From the human T2T-CHM13v2.0 reference genome, Homo sapiens: a stretch of 64,000 nucleotides of DNA. Both the position numbers and the translations under genes were made by a program. Positions 11,325 through 26,900 of the stretch are shown here, piece by piece. The DNA is taken from NCBI RefSeq assembly GCF_009914755.1, contig NC_060930.1. The stretch is one strand, 5' to 3'. Positions within the stretch are counted from its first letter, which is position 1. Each line of letters starts with the position of its first letter. The notes under the pieces were generated by a model. The model did no database searches and was not told the origin of the DNA. It saw only the letters and a program-made list of their open reading frames with translations.

Positions 11325-11520
11325 CCAGTGGGAAGAGAGAGGGAGGAGATCTCTATGAAGTGATGTTCCTATTTTAAAACTGATTTGCTAAGCAAAATCC
11401 TTTCTCTAGGGACTGAATCCTCAACTTTCTAATGCAAAAGGAATGACAATGGGGACTAAAATACTTTATCAAAGAAAACTGGAATTTTGTGCTATTGAAT
11501 TGGAGTTAGTTTTCTTCTGT
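11325..11520 (-). promoter_or_regulatory. Candidate OR2B2 promoter block with an O/E (EBF)-like site
   Basis: Conserved with 45470-45690; TCCCTAGAGA at 11412-11403; 22-bp identity at 11452-11473. Confidence 0.55.
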
Positions 11521-11604
11521 AAACTATTTCATGAGTTCTTTAAAGCCAATTAATTACTTCTATCAGGAAAGAATTCTTTATTTTTATTATTATTATTTTT
11601 TTAA

Positions 11605-11930
<326 letters not shown>

Positions 11931-13407
11931 CAAGGGAAGAAATTTTTTATTTCATATGTAAAATCTCTAAGATGCAATCCGAGGTCATGTTCCCAAACCT
12001 TCGATTTCTATATCAGAAAATAAGCTACCATTTATCACAAGAAAATAGTGTATTAATTTGATTTATGGTATATTTTATATAAAATGGCTTTTAAAAAACT
12101 TAATGTACAGCAGTGTATCTAGTATATATTTTCTTTCATGGATTTTGAGTTTTCAGTCTTAGTTTCTAAGGTCTTCTTCAGTTCAGAATTGTATCTGGCC
12201 CCTTAAATTGCCTGGTTTAAAGTTTATTTATAGTAGAGTATTTAATCCAAACATAATACTTTTATTTTTTATATGCTGTAATGTGCAGATTCATTTAAAT
12301 TTCTTTTCTAGATTAATAAAATTAGAAGACATACATTTATAATTCTAGAAAAAATATTTGGTATCTATTAAATAGAAAAAACTTCTAACAATTTTGAAAA
12401 AATACTACAAATAGCTCAATAGGAAAATAAATCACATAGGCAGTTCAGAGAATAGCACATTCAAATGATCAATAGATATAAGGAAATATGATCAAGTTAT
12501 CAAATATAGAAAGATAAATATTTTTAGTTCAACATCTCCTTCTGAAAGAAGGATATATTAATGATGATAAAGCTCCCCACTTTCACCAGATCAGAAACAA
12601 AAGGATAAATGAATTTTATTGCTAAAGTAGATGAAGGAAGACAGTTACTCACAGATTACTGGTGGATATTTAAAGTGTTATAGGCTTTCTGGTGAGAAAT
12701 ATGGCAATAGTCGCTTACAAACTATATATATTGTCAATCTAGCACTGTTACTACTGGGAATCTTTCCCAGGGAAAGGAAACTAACAGTACCTAAGGACAC
12801 ATGGGCAATGACGTTTATTGTAGAGTTATTTTAATGACCAAAGATAGAGAAAAATGTGGTTTTTTGGTAGATAACTTTCTAAATAATACATTCACTGAAC
12901 AGAATAATATGCATCCATCTAAAATAAGGAACTATAGGTCTAACAGATGGCTTGGAGATATTTTCCTGGGGTATGGCTGGGTGAGCAAATAAAGAAGCAA
13001 AAAAGGTACAAAACATGGTCCCAGTTTTATAAAATAATTATTTAAGGCACCCTAAATATGATTTTCTGTATTGCGTGTCTGTGTGAGATTACATAACAAA
13101 ATACCTTTGTTTTTTTTCCCAGAATAATAAGAAAGGCTACTTCTTAGATAATTAACAAGAGTAACTTGGAGAGAGGCAGACAGCAGTATCAGGAGGAGAA
13201 GGAGGGTGAGGAAGAGAAAGAGGTAGATGGAACATGAAGTAAAACTGGAAAGAGAAAGAAATTAAGATTTCACATACATTTGATTTTTTAAAAATGTAAC
13301 AGCAATGGTTACCGCTGAATAGAAGACCAGGAATAAGGGTGAGGATGGTGAGGGGGAAAATTGTACTGCTATGTGAATTTTGTTTTTTTACAATATTTTC
13401 AAAAAGG

Positions 13408-13779
<372 letters not shown>

Positions 13780-14619
13780 TAAACAAAGAAGCAAGAAAAT
13801 ATGAATAAATATAAATATTCTGTAGAACGAATCAATTATGCATAAATGGTAATTATTTCAAAAGTTCTTAAACTTAGAAATTATGAAGTGATGTCCATTT
13901 ATGCAAGTTCTGGAAGTAGGGAAAAGGATCTGCTGAATTTATTATTATTAGCCAGATATGTGCCATCCTTTCAAAGGATTATCTCACTCAGTCCTCATAA
14001 GTGCCGTCTGAGAAAGCAATGCACGATTTCCATGCTATAGATGTAGAAACTGAGGCTTAGGGTGATTAAAATAGAATGTGTCAGGAAACTGGTGACATAA
14101 TATGGCTGTTCTACTTTTATTCTTTTTTTTTTTTGTATTTTGTATTTTTGTTGTTCTTTTTTTTTCATGCCTTCCTTCTTACCACTAGGACTTATTTTTC
14201 AGAAATTTACTTATTAGCATTTTAAAATAGAAAATATATCGAATATTAGAACAAAATTCTGTAAGTAGCAAGGTGGGCAAAGTGTTTTCTGTCAGATAAA
14301 TGTTATAGAAGCATGAAAGACTGGATATAATAACTTTCCCAGGAGTGATGGAGATGGGATAAGGACCAAATTTTACTAATGTTTAAAATGAACCCTTAGT
14401 ACTGGAGTCCAAAGAGAGTGGGTAGTATTCTAAGAAATCAAAGGGAATGCTGAAGCTTTCTCCAAACATGGCTAGTCCAACAATAATTTCCTCAACTAAT
14501 TCCATGTCACCATAAGAAATCCAAAAAAGCAAAGCCTTCAATACAAAGAATCAAGTCCTGTATGTATGTATATGTTCATGTGCGTGTGTGAATTTTTTGA
14601 AGCTTTTATGTGTGTTTTG

Positions 14620-16720
14620 GACCTGATGCCCACAGCCCCTAAAGTTTTCAGAGTGTATATCCTCCAAACAAGAATATTCTCCATTTCCAGCATAACCATC
14701 ACAATTAGGAAATTCACACTATTGCAATACTGCCATCAAATCTACACACCACATTTAAATTTTGTCAGTTGCCTTAGGAGTGTCCTTTATAATCAAACTT
14801 TTCCTTTTGGTCTAGGATCCAACTCAGAGTTATGTGTTTTGTTTAGTTGTGATGTCTCTTCAGTTTCCCTACATCAGGAGCAGTTCTTCAGCTTTTCCTC
14901 ATCTTTCATGACATAATATTTTTCAAGAATGTTGGCCTGTCACTTAGTAAGTTGTCTCTCAATTTGGGGCATTTGACTTTTCTTCATTATTTATTTTTGG
15001 CAGGAATACAACAAACAGAAATACTGTTATCTTCTCATTCATCATATTAAGAGGCATCTGATGTCCATGTGTCTCATTATTTGAGTTTTTTTACTTTTAT
15101 TACCTGGTTTATAAAGTGTCTGCTAAGTTTGTCTGCTATAAAATTAATTAATAAGTATTTTGCATTTATAACTGAGATGTATCTTGTAGAGAGTTACTTT
15201 GAAACCGTATAGACATCACACTTGTTATTGAAATTTTACCCCCAGATTTAGCATTTCATTGATTCTTATCTGAATCAATTATTATAATGATTATGAAATG
15301 ATGATGATTTTCTAATCCCACCATTCCTCTGTATTTATTAGTTTATATTTTACCAAATGCTGACTTACTTACAACTTTAAAGCAGTATGGACTAATGGAT
15401 TTCAATTAAATTCAGTTGGTTGTAATATATTGCTATCTTTATTTTTATGCTCAAGTTTTCCCACGTTAGGCTAGTGGGAACCTCTGCAAGCCAGCTCCTA
15501 TATCATTTTGTCATTTTTCCTTGTTTCTATAGGCACTTTCTTACTTTAAGCACAAGAGGTGCCTGAAATCAGCTGTTTATCCAAAGAGCCCTAATTTCTT
15601 TCAGTGGAGAAGGGTAATTAGAAACCTGATCTAGGAACATGGTGGGCTTATTACTATTTTATACCCACACATACTCACAGACTCACTGTGTCTCTTTCTA
15701 TGCACACACATCTACATATATTAAATATCATGAGTCCACAGTGATACTTTCAATTTCAATCTAATTCTCTAGGTTTATGCAATTCTTACTTTCCCTACTT
15801 ACACCTTCTTTCTCTAGAAGAAACCTAACTTCTCAATATATTTGCTTATTTTCTCAGTCCTCTGTATGTAATCAATCTCTCTACCATGCAGGCCATCTCA
15901 TTTGAGTCCTGATATCTTCACACATGTTGGGTACTCAGTATGAGCACCACACTCTTCCCCTCCACTGGAACTTCTTATGAATGAAGTCGTATACTATGTA
16001 AACTTTTTTCTCTGGATTCTTCAACTGAGTATAATGTTTTTGAAATTCATCCACATTATTGCATCTATCAGTAGTTTTTTTCTTTTTACTGCCAAGAATA
16101 ATTACATTGTATTAATACACCATAATTTGTTTATCAATTCTTTTGCTGATCAATATTTTTATTGTTTCCTGTTTGGGGTTATTATTAATGGGGCTAGTGT
16201 GAACATTCCTGTATAATATCGATTGTGGACTTGTGTTTTCCTTCTTCTTGGGTAGGTATCAAAGTGTATAATTGCTATATTAGAATCTTCCAAATAATTT
16301 CCCAACTAGAGATACCATTTTACACTTACACCAACTGCGGTTTGAGAGTTCTGGTTGCTTCATATCTTTGCCAACATTTGATGTTGTCAGTCTTTTTAAT
16401 TTTATCCAATCTAGTGGGTGCGTAGATATTTCTCATTATGGTTTAACATGCATTCCACTATTGGCTAATAATGGTGAGCCCTATTTTATGTGCTTATTGA
16501 CCGTATAACTTCTCTTGTGTCAATTTAAGCCTTTTGCTCATTTAAAAAATAGGATTGTTTGTCTTTTCATCATTTATTTGTAAGAGTGATTTTATATATA
16601 TATTCTGGTTACAAGTCCTTTGTCAGATGTGCAAGTAATTTTCTCCCAGTCTGTGGTTTGCCTACTTATTTTACTAATAGTATCTTTTGATGAGCAAAAA
16701 AGTTTAATGTTTATGAGATT
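14620..16720 (-). mobile_element. Old L1M (L1MC/L1ME-like) fragments
   Basis: Degenerate antisense L1 3' sequence (atatctttgccaacatttg, tttatgtgcttattg, gtatcttttgatgagcaaaa). Confidence 0.6.
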
Positions 16721-17493
16721 TGTTATGGCTGTCCACTGCCTTCACAGTGCAGAAGCATGGCAACTGACATCATCAGGCCTCTTCATATTCCTGCTCTGTG
16801 CATTACATCATGATGCTGCTGAGTTGGCAATGTCAGCAGGCAGTGTCAAAAGTCTGAGCATTCCTAGAAACCATTCCTACACCAGGAGGGCTAACAACAA
16901 CTCACCTATCTGTATACATGACTTTAACCCCATAATTATATCTCTAATACACTTTCTCCTAGCCAGATGATGAAAATTCTCAAGGCCATTTCATTGTCAA
17001 TTGACATGAGAACTATGATAGAGAGAAGTTGGAATGGAAAAGTGAGTGCCCCTAATGAATTAAGGATAAAATATATTTTTCCAAATTTTACATAAACATA
17101 CGTTTATATGAACACATTACTAGGATCTCTCCCAGGGTCTTGGAAGGGGCCTATGCATGTGATACGCTATGAAATTATGCTACATTGGTTTCATGGTAAA
17201 TCTATCTGTGACATTGCCTATGAAGCCACCCACACCAGCAAAATCTGCAGTGTTTATTACAAATTTAGCTCAAACCCAGATTATGAATTCCTCTCTCAGG
17301 CAAAAAAGAATAGTTTTTGGAAGCCTAATCATCCTTCAAGAGCTAGAAAAGTGAAAATAAATATAAAAATAATTTGCATATCAGATCACAGAACCATTGA
17401 AGCAAAAAACCAAAAAAGTTCTTATTCCATGCAGTGAAGAACTATGAAGTTGAGCTGAAGTTGCTTTTTCTCTGGGGAAATTTGCTGATTCTG

Positions 17494-17663
17494 AGGGGGA
17501 GTTACACTTGTTTTTTGTTTTTTCCCCCAATATACACTTTCTATGGAGAACAGCGTCTCACTGTATTGCCCAGGTAGGTCTCGAACTCCTGGGCTCAAGC
17601 TGTCCTCTCACCTCTGCCTCCCTGAGAGCTTGGATTACAGGCGTGAGCCACCATACCCTGTGG
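17494..17663 (-). pseudogene. BC200 (BCYRN1) RNA retrocopy without a poly-A tail
   Basis: Minus strand has BC200-like gctctcagggaggc and gagacctacctgggcaata...gttctcca, an A-rich middle, and the start of the unique 3' domain (aagtgtaactccccct); perfect 15-bp TSD aatttgctgattctg. Confidence 0.85.
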
Positions 17664-18444
17664 AATTTGCTGATTCTGGATGCAAGCATGAAGCTGGTAA
17701 AGGGACCACTAATAGGGAATAAACGGGAAAAGCCCAGAAATTTGTTATTTTTGCAAAGCTAAAGTCACACAGCATCAATTGAGAGCATGATACAAGGCAG
17801 TTTTCCCTTAGGCATTTGAAACATTTTTGTGTAAGGAAGAACATTTAACAAGCTATGTCAAAAACCTCTGAAAAACGCAGCTGAATTTTCAACTGTCTTA
17901 AGGTACTGAGGAATTAAAGTTTAGAATTTATGACTAACCCAGAGAATGAACCCTGGCAAATATACTAGTCTCTCAGTCGAAAGCCCTAGAGGACTAAAAA
18001 GAGATCTGCCACGCCTTTCCAATATAGCAACCGAGTACTGCCTCACCTCCGGCGTTTCCTGGATAAATTCCTCTCTGCCTAGCAAAGGAAAAGGTGAACA
18101 CCCTGAATCAGAGGAAATGACCATAGACTGGATTTATGGACTCCCAGGGCCCACATGAAATGAATTTAGGTGAAAACAGTATTTATCATTTGACTGCCAT
18201 GAATCTCCACACTCAATAATTGACCAAGTAGAATCTCCCTTCTGGGGAGATTTCAGAGAATAATGTTTCTGTTAAAGACTTGAAAGATGTATTGAACTCC
18301 AGTTGCATTATCTCTTTAGCCTGTGCATAAAACAAAATGAGACTGGCGAATGAAATAGATTATTATAAGCTTCATAAGGTGGCAATTTTAATTGATTGTC
18401 ACTTTCAGTTTGGCTTGCTGTCCTATTTGACCACCTTGACACCT

Positions 18445-18590
18445 GGCAGCCTCTCACTGACACCTTGATTTTAGCCCACTGAAATAGATTTTTATGTTTT
18501 GATCTCCGAAACTGTAGGCTAGTACATTTATGTTTTAAGTCACCAAGTATGTGGCAATTTGTAAAAGCTGCCATAGGGATATAATAAACT
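18445..18590 (+). mobile_element. MLT1 (MaLR) LTR 3' fragment
   Basis: gacaccttgattttagccc...gttttaagtcaccaagtatgtggcaatttgt. Confidence 0.6.
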
Positions 18591-19311
18591 AAGTGAGCTA
18601 AATTTCAACTTTGGAAAGAAATTAACTGTATTTGAATGTTCTGCTTCTATCTATTTCTGAATCAACTCATGAGACTGTTAGCTTTGTGTGTGACTGAAAG
18701 CAAGAGAAAGATCTTGAACCTGTCCATCTATAGGTGAGCAATTGAGGCTTTTAGCTATCATACCCAAGAAAATTCAAAAGTGCTTGATCTGTCTGAAGCA
18801 GATTGGAATGCTATATGGAAGCCGTACATGCCTTGATAGAGGTATCTTAGCAAAGGCTACCAGATTTCTGCAGCAAAGCCACGCCTTCTTTAGCAAAAAA
18901 TGATCAACTGAGGGAAATAGAAAGGTAGAGAATCCTAAATTACTGCTTTAAAAACAGGACATTCAGATCTTCAGGCTCATGGCTAAAAAAAATAAAATAA
19001 AGTAAAATAAAAGGACACCTCACATTCTTAATTGTCTTAAGAAATATAGATTATAGATATATGTATATAGCTATATACACATATATCTGTGCATATTTAA
19101 GTGCAAAGCTCTTCAAATGAATTGCTCTGAGTGTATTTTATTGATTGTTAGGTTTTTATTTTGAAATAATTTTAGACTTACAATAAAGTAACAAAAATAG
19201 TTTAGAGAATTCATGTATACCCTTCAACTAGACATCTTACATAATCATAGCATAATTATCAAAGCACAGGAAACTACCATTGATAAAATACTGTTAAAAT
19301 TTTGCAAACTG

Positions 19312-19611
19312 GGCCAGCCACAGAGGCTCACACCTGTAATCCCAGCACTTTGGGAGGCCGAGGCAGGAGGATCACCCAAGATCAGGAGTTCGAGACCAGC
19401 CTGGCCAACATGGTGAAACCCTGTTCTCTACCAAAAACACAAAAATTAGCCAGTTGCAGCGGTGCACTCCCTGTAATCCTAGCTACTCAGGAGGCTGAAG
19501 CAGGAGAATCGCTTGAAACTGGGAGGTGGAGGTTTCAGGGAGCCAAGATCAAGCCATTGCACTCCAGCCTGGGTAACAGAATGAGACTCCGTCTCAAAAA
19601 AAAGAAAAAAA
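19312..19611 (+). mobile_element. AluS
   Basis: Dimeric Alu; flanking tgcaaact repeat. Confidence 0.9.
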
Positions 19612-20604
19612 TGCAAACTCATTCACAAATGTCCTTTTACTATTCCAGGATCTCATCCAGGACCCCACATTGCATTTAGTTGCTGTATCTCCTTAGTCTC
19701 CTGCTCCAACCTGGGACAGTTCCTCAGTCTGTCTTTCATGACCTTGAAACTTTGGAAGATTATTAGCCAATTATTTTATAGAAGTACCTTCAGTTTGGGT
19801 TTGTCTGATGTTTTCTTATGGTATATATCGAGGTTATACATGTTTGGCAAGAATGTCACAGGAATGCTGAGGTGCCCCTTTTAGTACATCATATCAAGAT
19901 ATTCACAATGTTTTATTGTATTACTATGATGATAACTTTGAACACTTGGTTAAGATAATGTCTTCTAGGTTTCTCCACTGTAAAGTTACCATTTTTCCTT
20001 TTTAAATTAATAATTATCTTGAGAGGGAATATTTTGAGATTATGAAAATATTCTGTTTCTCATCATATTTTTGCTACTTATATTGATGTTCATCAGTGAT
20101 TCTTGCCTGCAACAATTATTTCTGTAGCATCTATTTTCTATTTCTATTGCTAATTCTACATTTATTAATTGGAATTCTACTGTAAAGAAGAGCTGTTATT
20201 TTTCCCCCATTTGTTATTTGTTCAGTCATTTATTTAAACTCATATAGACTTATGGGTATTTGTTTTATTCTATTGTTTGTAGTCCCAATACTATCATTAT
20301 TTAATTTACTGCTAAAATTGTCCTAGATTTGGCCTTTGGGAGCTCCTTCAAGTTGACTCATGTATCTTTTTAACATGCCCCATCACTATTTGAGAACTTC
20401 TATACTCTGTGTCACCACCAGCTGTTCTAGGGTCATCTTGGACTTTTACTTCCCCAGCCCTGGAATTACTAATTTTTCTAAGGATCCTTGGTTCCTTTTA
20501 CTGGAAATATATTTAGAAATCAAGTTCTAGGCACCAGGTGTGTTCATTGCTACTGATTTGTTATTGCTTCCAGACTCTCTCAGTGAACAGAGCTTACAAA
20601 TAGA

Positions 20605-20647
<43 letters not shown>

Positions 20648-20714
20648 CTGACATATACATACACATACATTTTTATTTATATACCTAGCTGTGTGTGTGT
20701 ATGTGTGTGTGTGT
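20605..20714. repeat. Compound (TG)n(TA)n microsatellites
   Basis: Direct reading. Confidence 0.9.
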
Positions 20715-21446
20715 GACCACAGTTCATACTAATGCCTCTGATTCCAATCCAAATACCACATAGTATTTGCATAAACTCCCTCCATTCCTTATTTGTACCT
20801 TCTTTGTTGAACAGTGGGAAATTTGGCTCTCATTATCCATAATATATTTACTTATTTTCTCAATTCTAATACACAAATAGCTTTAGAATTGCTAATCCAC
20901 ACTCTTGGGAATAACCATTTTACTAACTAGAGTACAATATTTCTGTACAGTTCTTTTTGCTTTTATCCTTAGATGAGTCTATCCTTAGCAAAATAGTCAA
21001 GATACTCTTTTTCCCAAAGTTAATTAGGTTAGTTTTTTTTCCTTCCTTACCCTCTTTAACTTGGTTTTGTTGCTCATTTGTAATGCAGGTGGGTTAATTT
21101 ATTATTCTCTGTATTTCTTTTGGGTACCTCCCATTCCGGTTGACTTTAGTTATTTATTTAAATTGGAATATGTGAAGCATTACTATGGCTATAAAAGTTA
21201 GAACACACAAAATGTTATATGTACTTAGAAAAGTGTCACTCCCCCTCAGCCTTTCCATTCCACTAATTCTCCCATTTTTTTATACTCTATTCCAAATCAC
21301 CACCTCCTCCAACCCTGTGGGTAACTAATCTCATTAGTTTCTGGTTTATCATTCCTGTATTTCTTTTTGTATAAAAGGGCAGATATGTGGATAGTTCATT
21401 ACATGTCCTTCTTTCTTATATGAAAGAACTGTAAGATAGTACATTA

Positions 21447-23994
<2,548 letters not shown>

Positions 23995-26900
23995 ATAGCC
24001 AAGTGCAACAGGAAGAATTTTTCACCTGGGCCTTGATTCTTTCAGTATTATTTTTATAAGATGAACATCCTCATCTGAAAGACCATCATAAGGAAGGAGA
24101 TAAAGGAGTAATTATAATTATCAAAGAGCTACTGTATGTCAGGGACAATGCTAAATATTTAGTGTTTCTTACCTTATTTAACTTTCACAACAACTATTCA
24201 AAGCAGTTTTTCTCTCTAATGATAGTAAATGAGCCTTCCTAATTTTCAAGCCTGCAGTGATTGTTTCTGAGCTGGAGTTTGAGCCATTCTCCAAAGGCTA
24301 TTCTTCTTTCTCTTTATTCCAGAGATGATTTAAATTCTTATTCTTTATGAAAAATGGTCAGTAGTTTAATGCATTTGGAGCATGCAACAAACAGGCGCTC
24401 TTTAGATAGAGTTGTAATGTGAAGTTGGTACAGAACCACATCAATATTAAAGAATATACATGTATTTCTCTAGACAGTGTCACTTCAGGACTTTAAGCAT
24501 GGGCATAACAAAGCCTATATTTTAGGAAGCCTCCTTTTGTAGCAAAGCAAAAGATGGTTTGAAATAGCAAGATACTAGAGATTAACAAAGGAACAGCCTA
24601 GTGTAACAAATCATGCAAGAATTAATGAGCTACTGAGCTAGGACAAGAGAAGTAAAAACAAAAGAGTTAGTTGGAGGTATGAAAGACAGATGTTATAGGT
24701 AGGCCTAGAAACTTATTGAATGTGAGCATTCAGGGAAAGCAATGACTTAAGAAAATGGTGGTGTTTCAAGACTTGTAGACTGGACAAATCACAAAGGGAT
24801 GAAAATCAAAAAGAGCAGGTTTGAAAAATAAAGTTTGAAGAAATAATGGACATTTGACATCAAATTTTATAAATACTTGTGATATAACTATTATAAGTAA
24901 TCTGTTCTTCCACAAAGTCTACAATGATAATTAAATCGCAATAAAAAAGATTGAATTAAATGTAATTGCATCTGATGGAAAAGATGACTGATGTAGCTTT
25001 CATTTCTTTTCCTGAAGACATTCTATGATGTCATATTACAAAATGTGAAGTCATATGGTAACACGTTGGGAAGCCCTTCTTGCATCACATATTACCCTTT
25101 GATTGTATTATTTTATTTCACAGAAAGTAGCTTTCCATGACTATAATAGTTCCTTCAGTTACAAGTTTAAATGTATTTGTAATGAGTTAGGAATGGTGGT
25201 GGGCCAAAAGTGAATAAAAGGGGTAGAAGTGAAGTGGCAAAAAATAAATTTAAATATTCCTTCTAAATTTCTTCTTTGTTTAATAACTTAATATCCCTTC
25301 TTGAGTTAACTGCCCCATAAGGACCTCATCTCCTTCACTTCTCAGAGGGAATCATTATCTCAGATAGGAAATTCTTGAAAGCATCAAATTCTCTAGGTAT
25401 TTTCTGCTAGTTTCCAAGAGAAAATATTAGCTCAGAGATAGTAATACGAGCTAATAAGTGAATCTAAGCATAGAAAGCAGTTATCAGGAGGAATAGTCAC
25501 CTGACCATGCCAAGAAGTTTGTTGACATACAGAATTAATATTTATCAATTTTGACTGCACATCCATGTGTTTCAGTATTTCTGTTTAAAGAAAAAAAGTT
25601 GTATGTCATTTGTTTGTAAATTAATGGAGATGATAATATTATCATTGTTTCTAGCTAATATATTCTATCCCTACTTGTATAGTTAGTGGTATTAAGATTA
25701 CATGACTTTAATAATGTTTATATTTAAAACATAGTATTTGACATAGTAATGACCAGGCATTTTCTGTTCTATTGACAAAAGTATCTGGAAATAGTCACTG
25801 AAGTTAGTAGACCATAGCATATTATTAAAATTTAAATAACATTTTAAATGTACAAAGTGCATTTATATGTTGTATCTCATGTGTATCATCAATTAAAACC
25901 TCTGACTGTGGAGGTAAAATGTAAAATTTATCTCCCTTAGAAGTCTTTGATAGGTAAATATAGAACATATGCTTTTGAGATGCAGTTGTTTCTATATTGT
26001 TTACCTTATGACTATAACAGATAATCAACTGATCTGAAACAATTGCATACTGTTATTTACTGCCTTTTTAAAAAACCAAAACTTGCTAATTTATTCTGAC
26101 TTAGCTGATGTCATTTGTCAGTCAGATTGATAGTAATTCTCTTGAAATAATTTTATAGTGAATTTGGCAATTTTGAAATAAAATTGTTTTAATATTTTTG
26201 GCCTGTTTTTGATATTAATTTTAAATGTCAAAAATCAGTCTTTTTCTTTTTTTAATTCACCCTCCTCTTGATATACCTATATTTGTTTTAAATAGAAAAC
26301 ATTCAAGTTAAACTTTATTGTTAAGGATCTTAAAATTGCATAGAAAATTCATCTTAAGTAAACAAAATGGTAAAAGCACTTTAATAATAGCACTTCTTTG
26401 CACTGCATGCACCAAGCAAGTGGTAGAGGATATGTAACACAAAAAGAAACCAAAGCACACATATATCCTGGTACATCTTTTCCATAACTCTAGGTTCTGC
26501 TCTGAACTAAGTATAAGGTGGCCACTTTTGATACCTTAATGCTTATTACTATGTACTGGTCTTGATGATGAAAATAGACTCTTGAAGATTTGGTGCTGTC
26601 TCTTGTCTCTCTTGGGTGAATCTGCAGTGTGTGTGTGCACATCTATGTGTGTGTCTGTGTGTGCTGGGAAGAGTGATATTTCCTCTGAGGCCACACAATC
26701 CCCCAAACCTTGTTAGGGATAATTAGTGATGGGAGTTTTTGAAAAGGAAGTTTTACTCCATAGGGTGATCAGAAAAGGAAGTATCCAATCCCATATCAAC
26801 TCTGAACCCTATAAGGAGAGCTTCCTTCTCAGACTTGAATCTTTAATAAGTGTTTCTTGTGCTGGGTGTACATTGGAGAACCCCCAGCTTCCCTCATGCT

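Larger units (their letters stand above)
19140..20960 (-). mobile_element. L1MC-like 3' region interrupted by an Alu and microsatellites
   Basis: tttattttgaaataattttagacttaca..., ccaggatctcatccaggaccccacattgcatttagttg. Confidence 0.65.
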
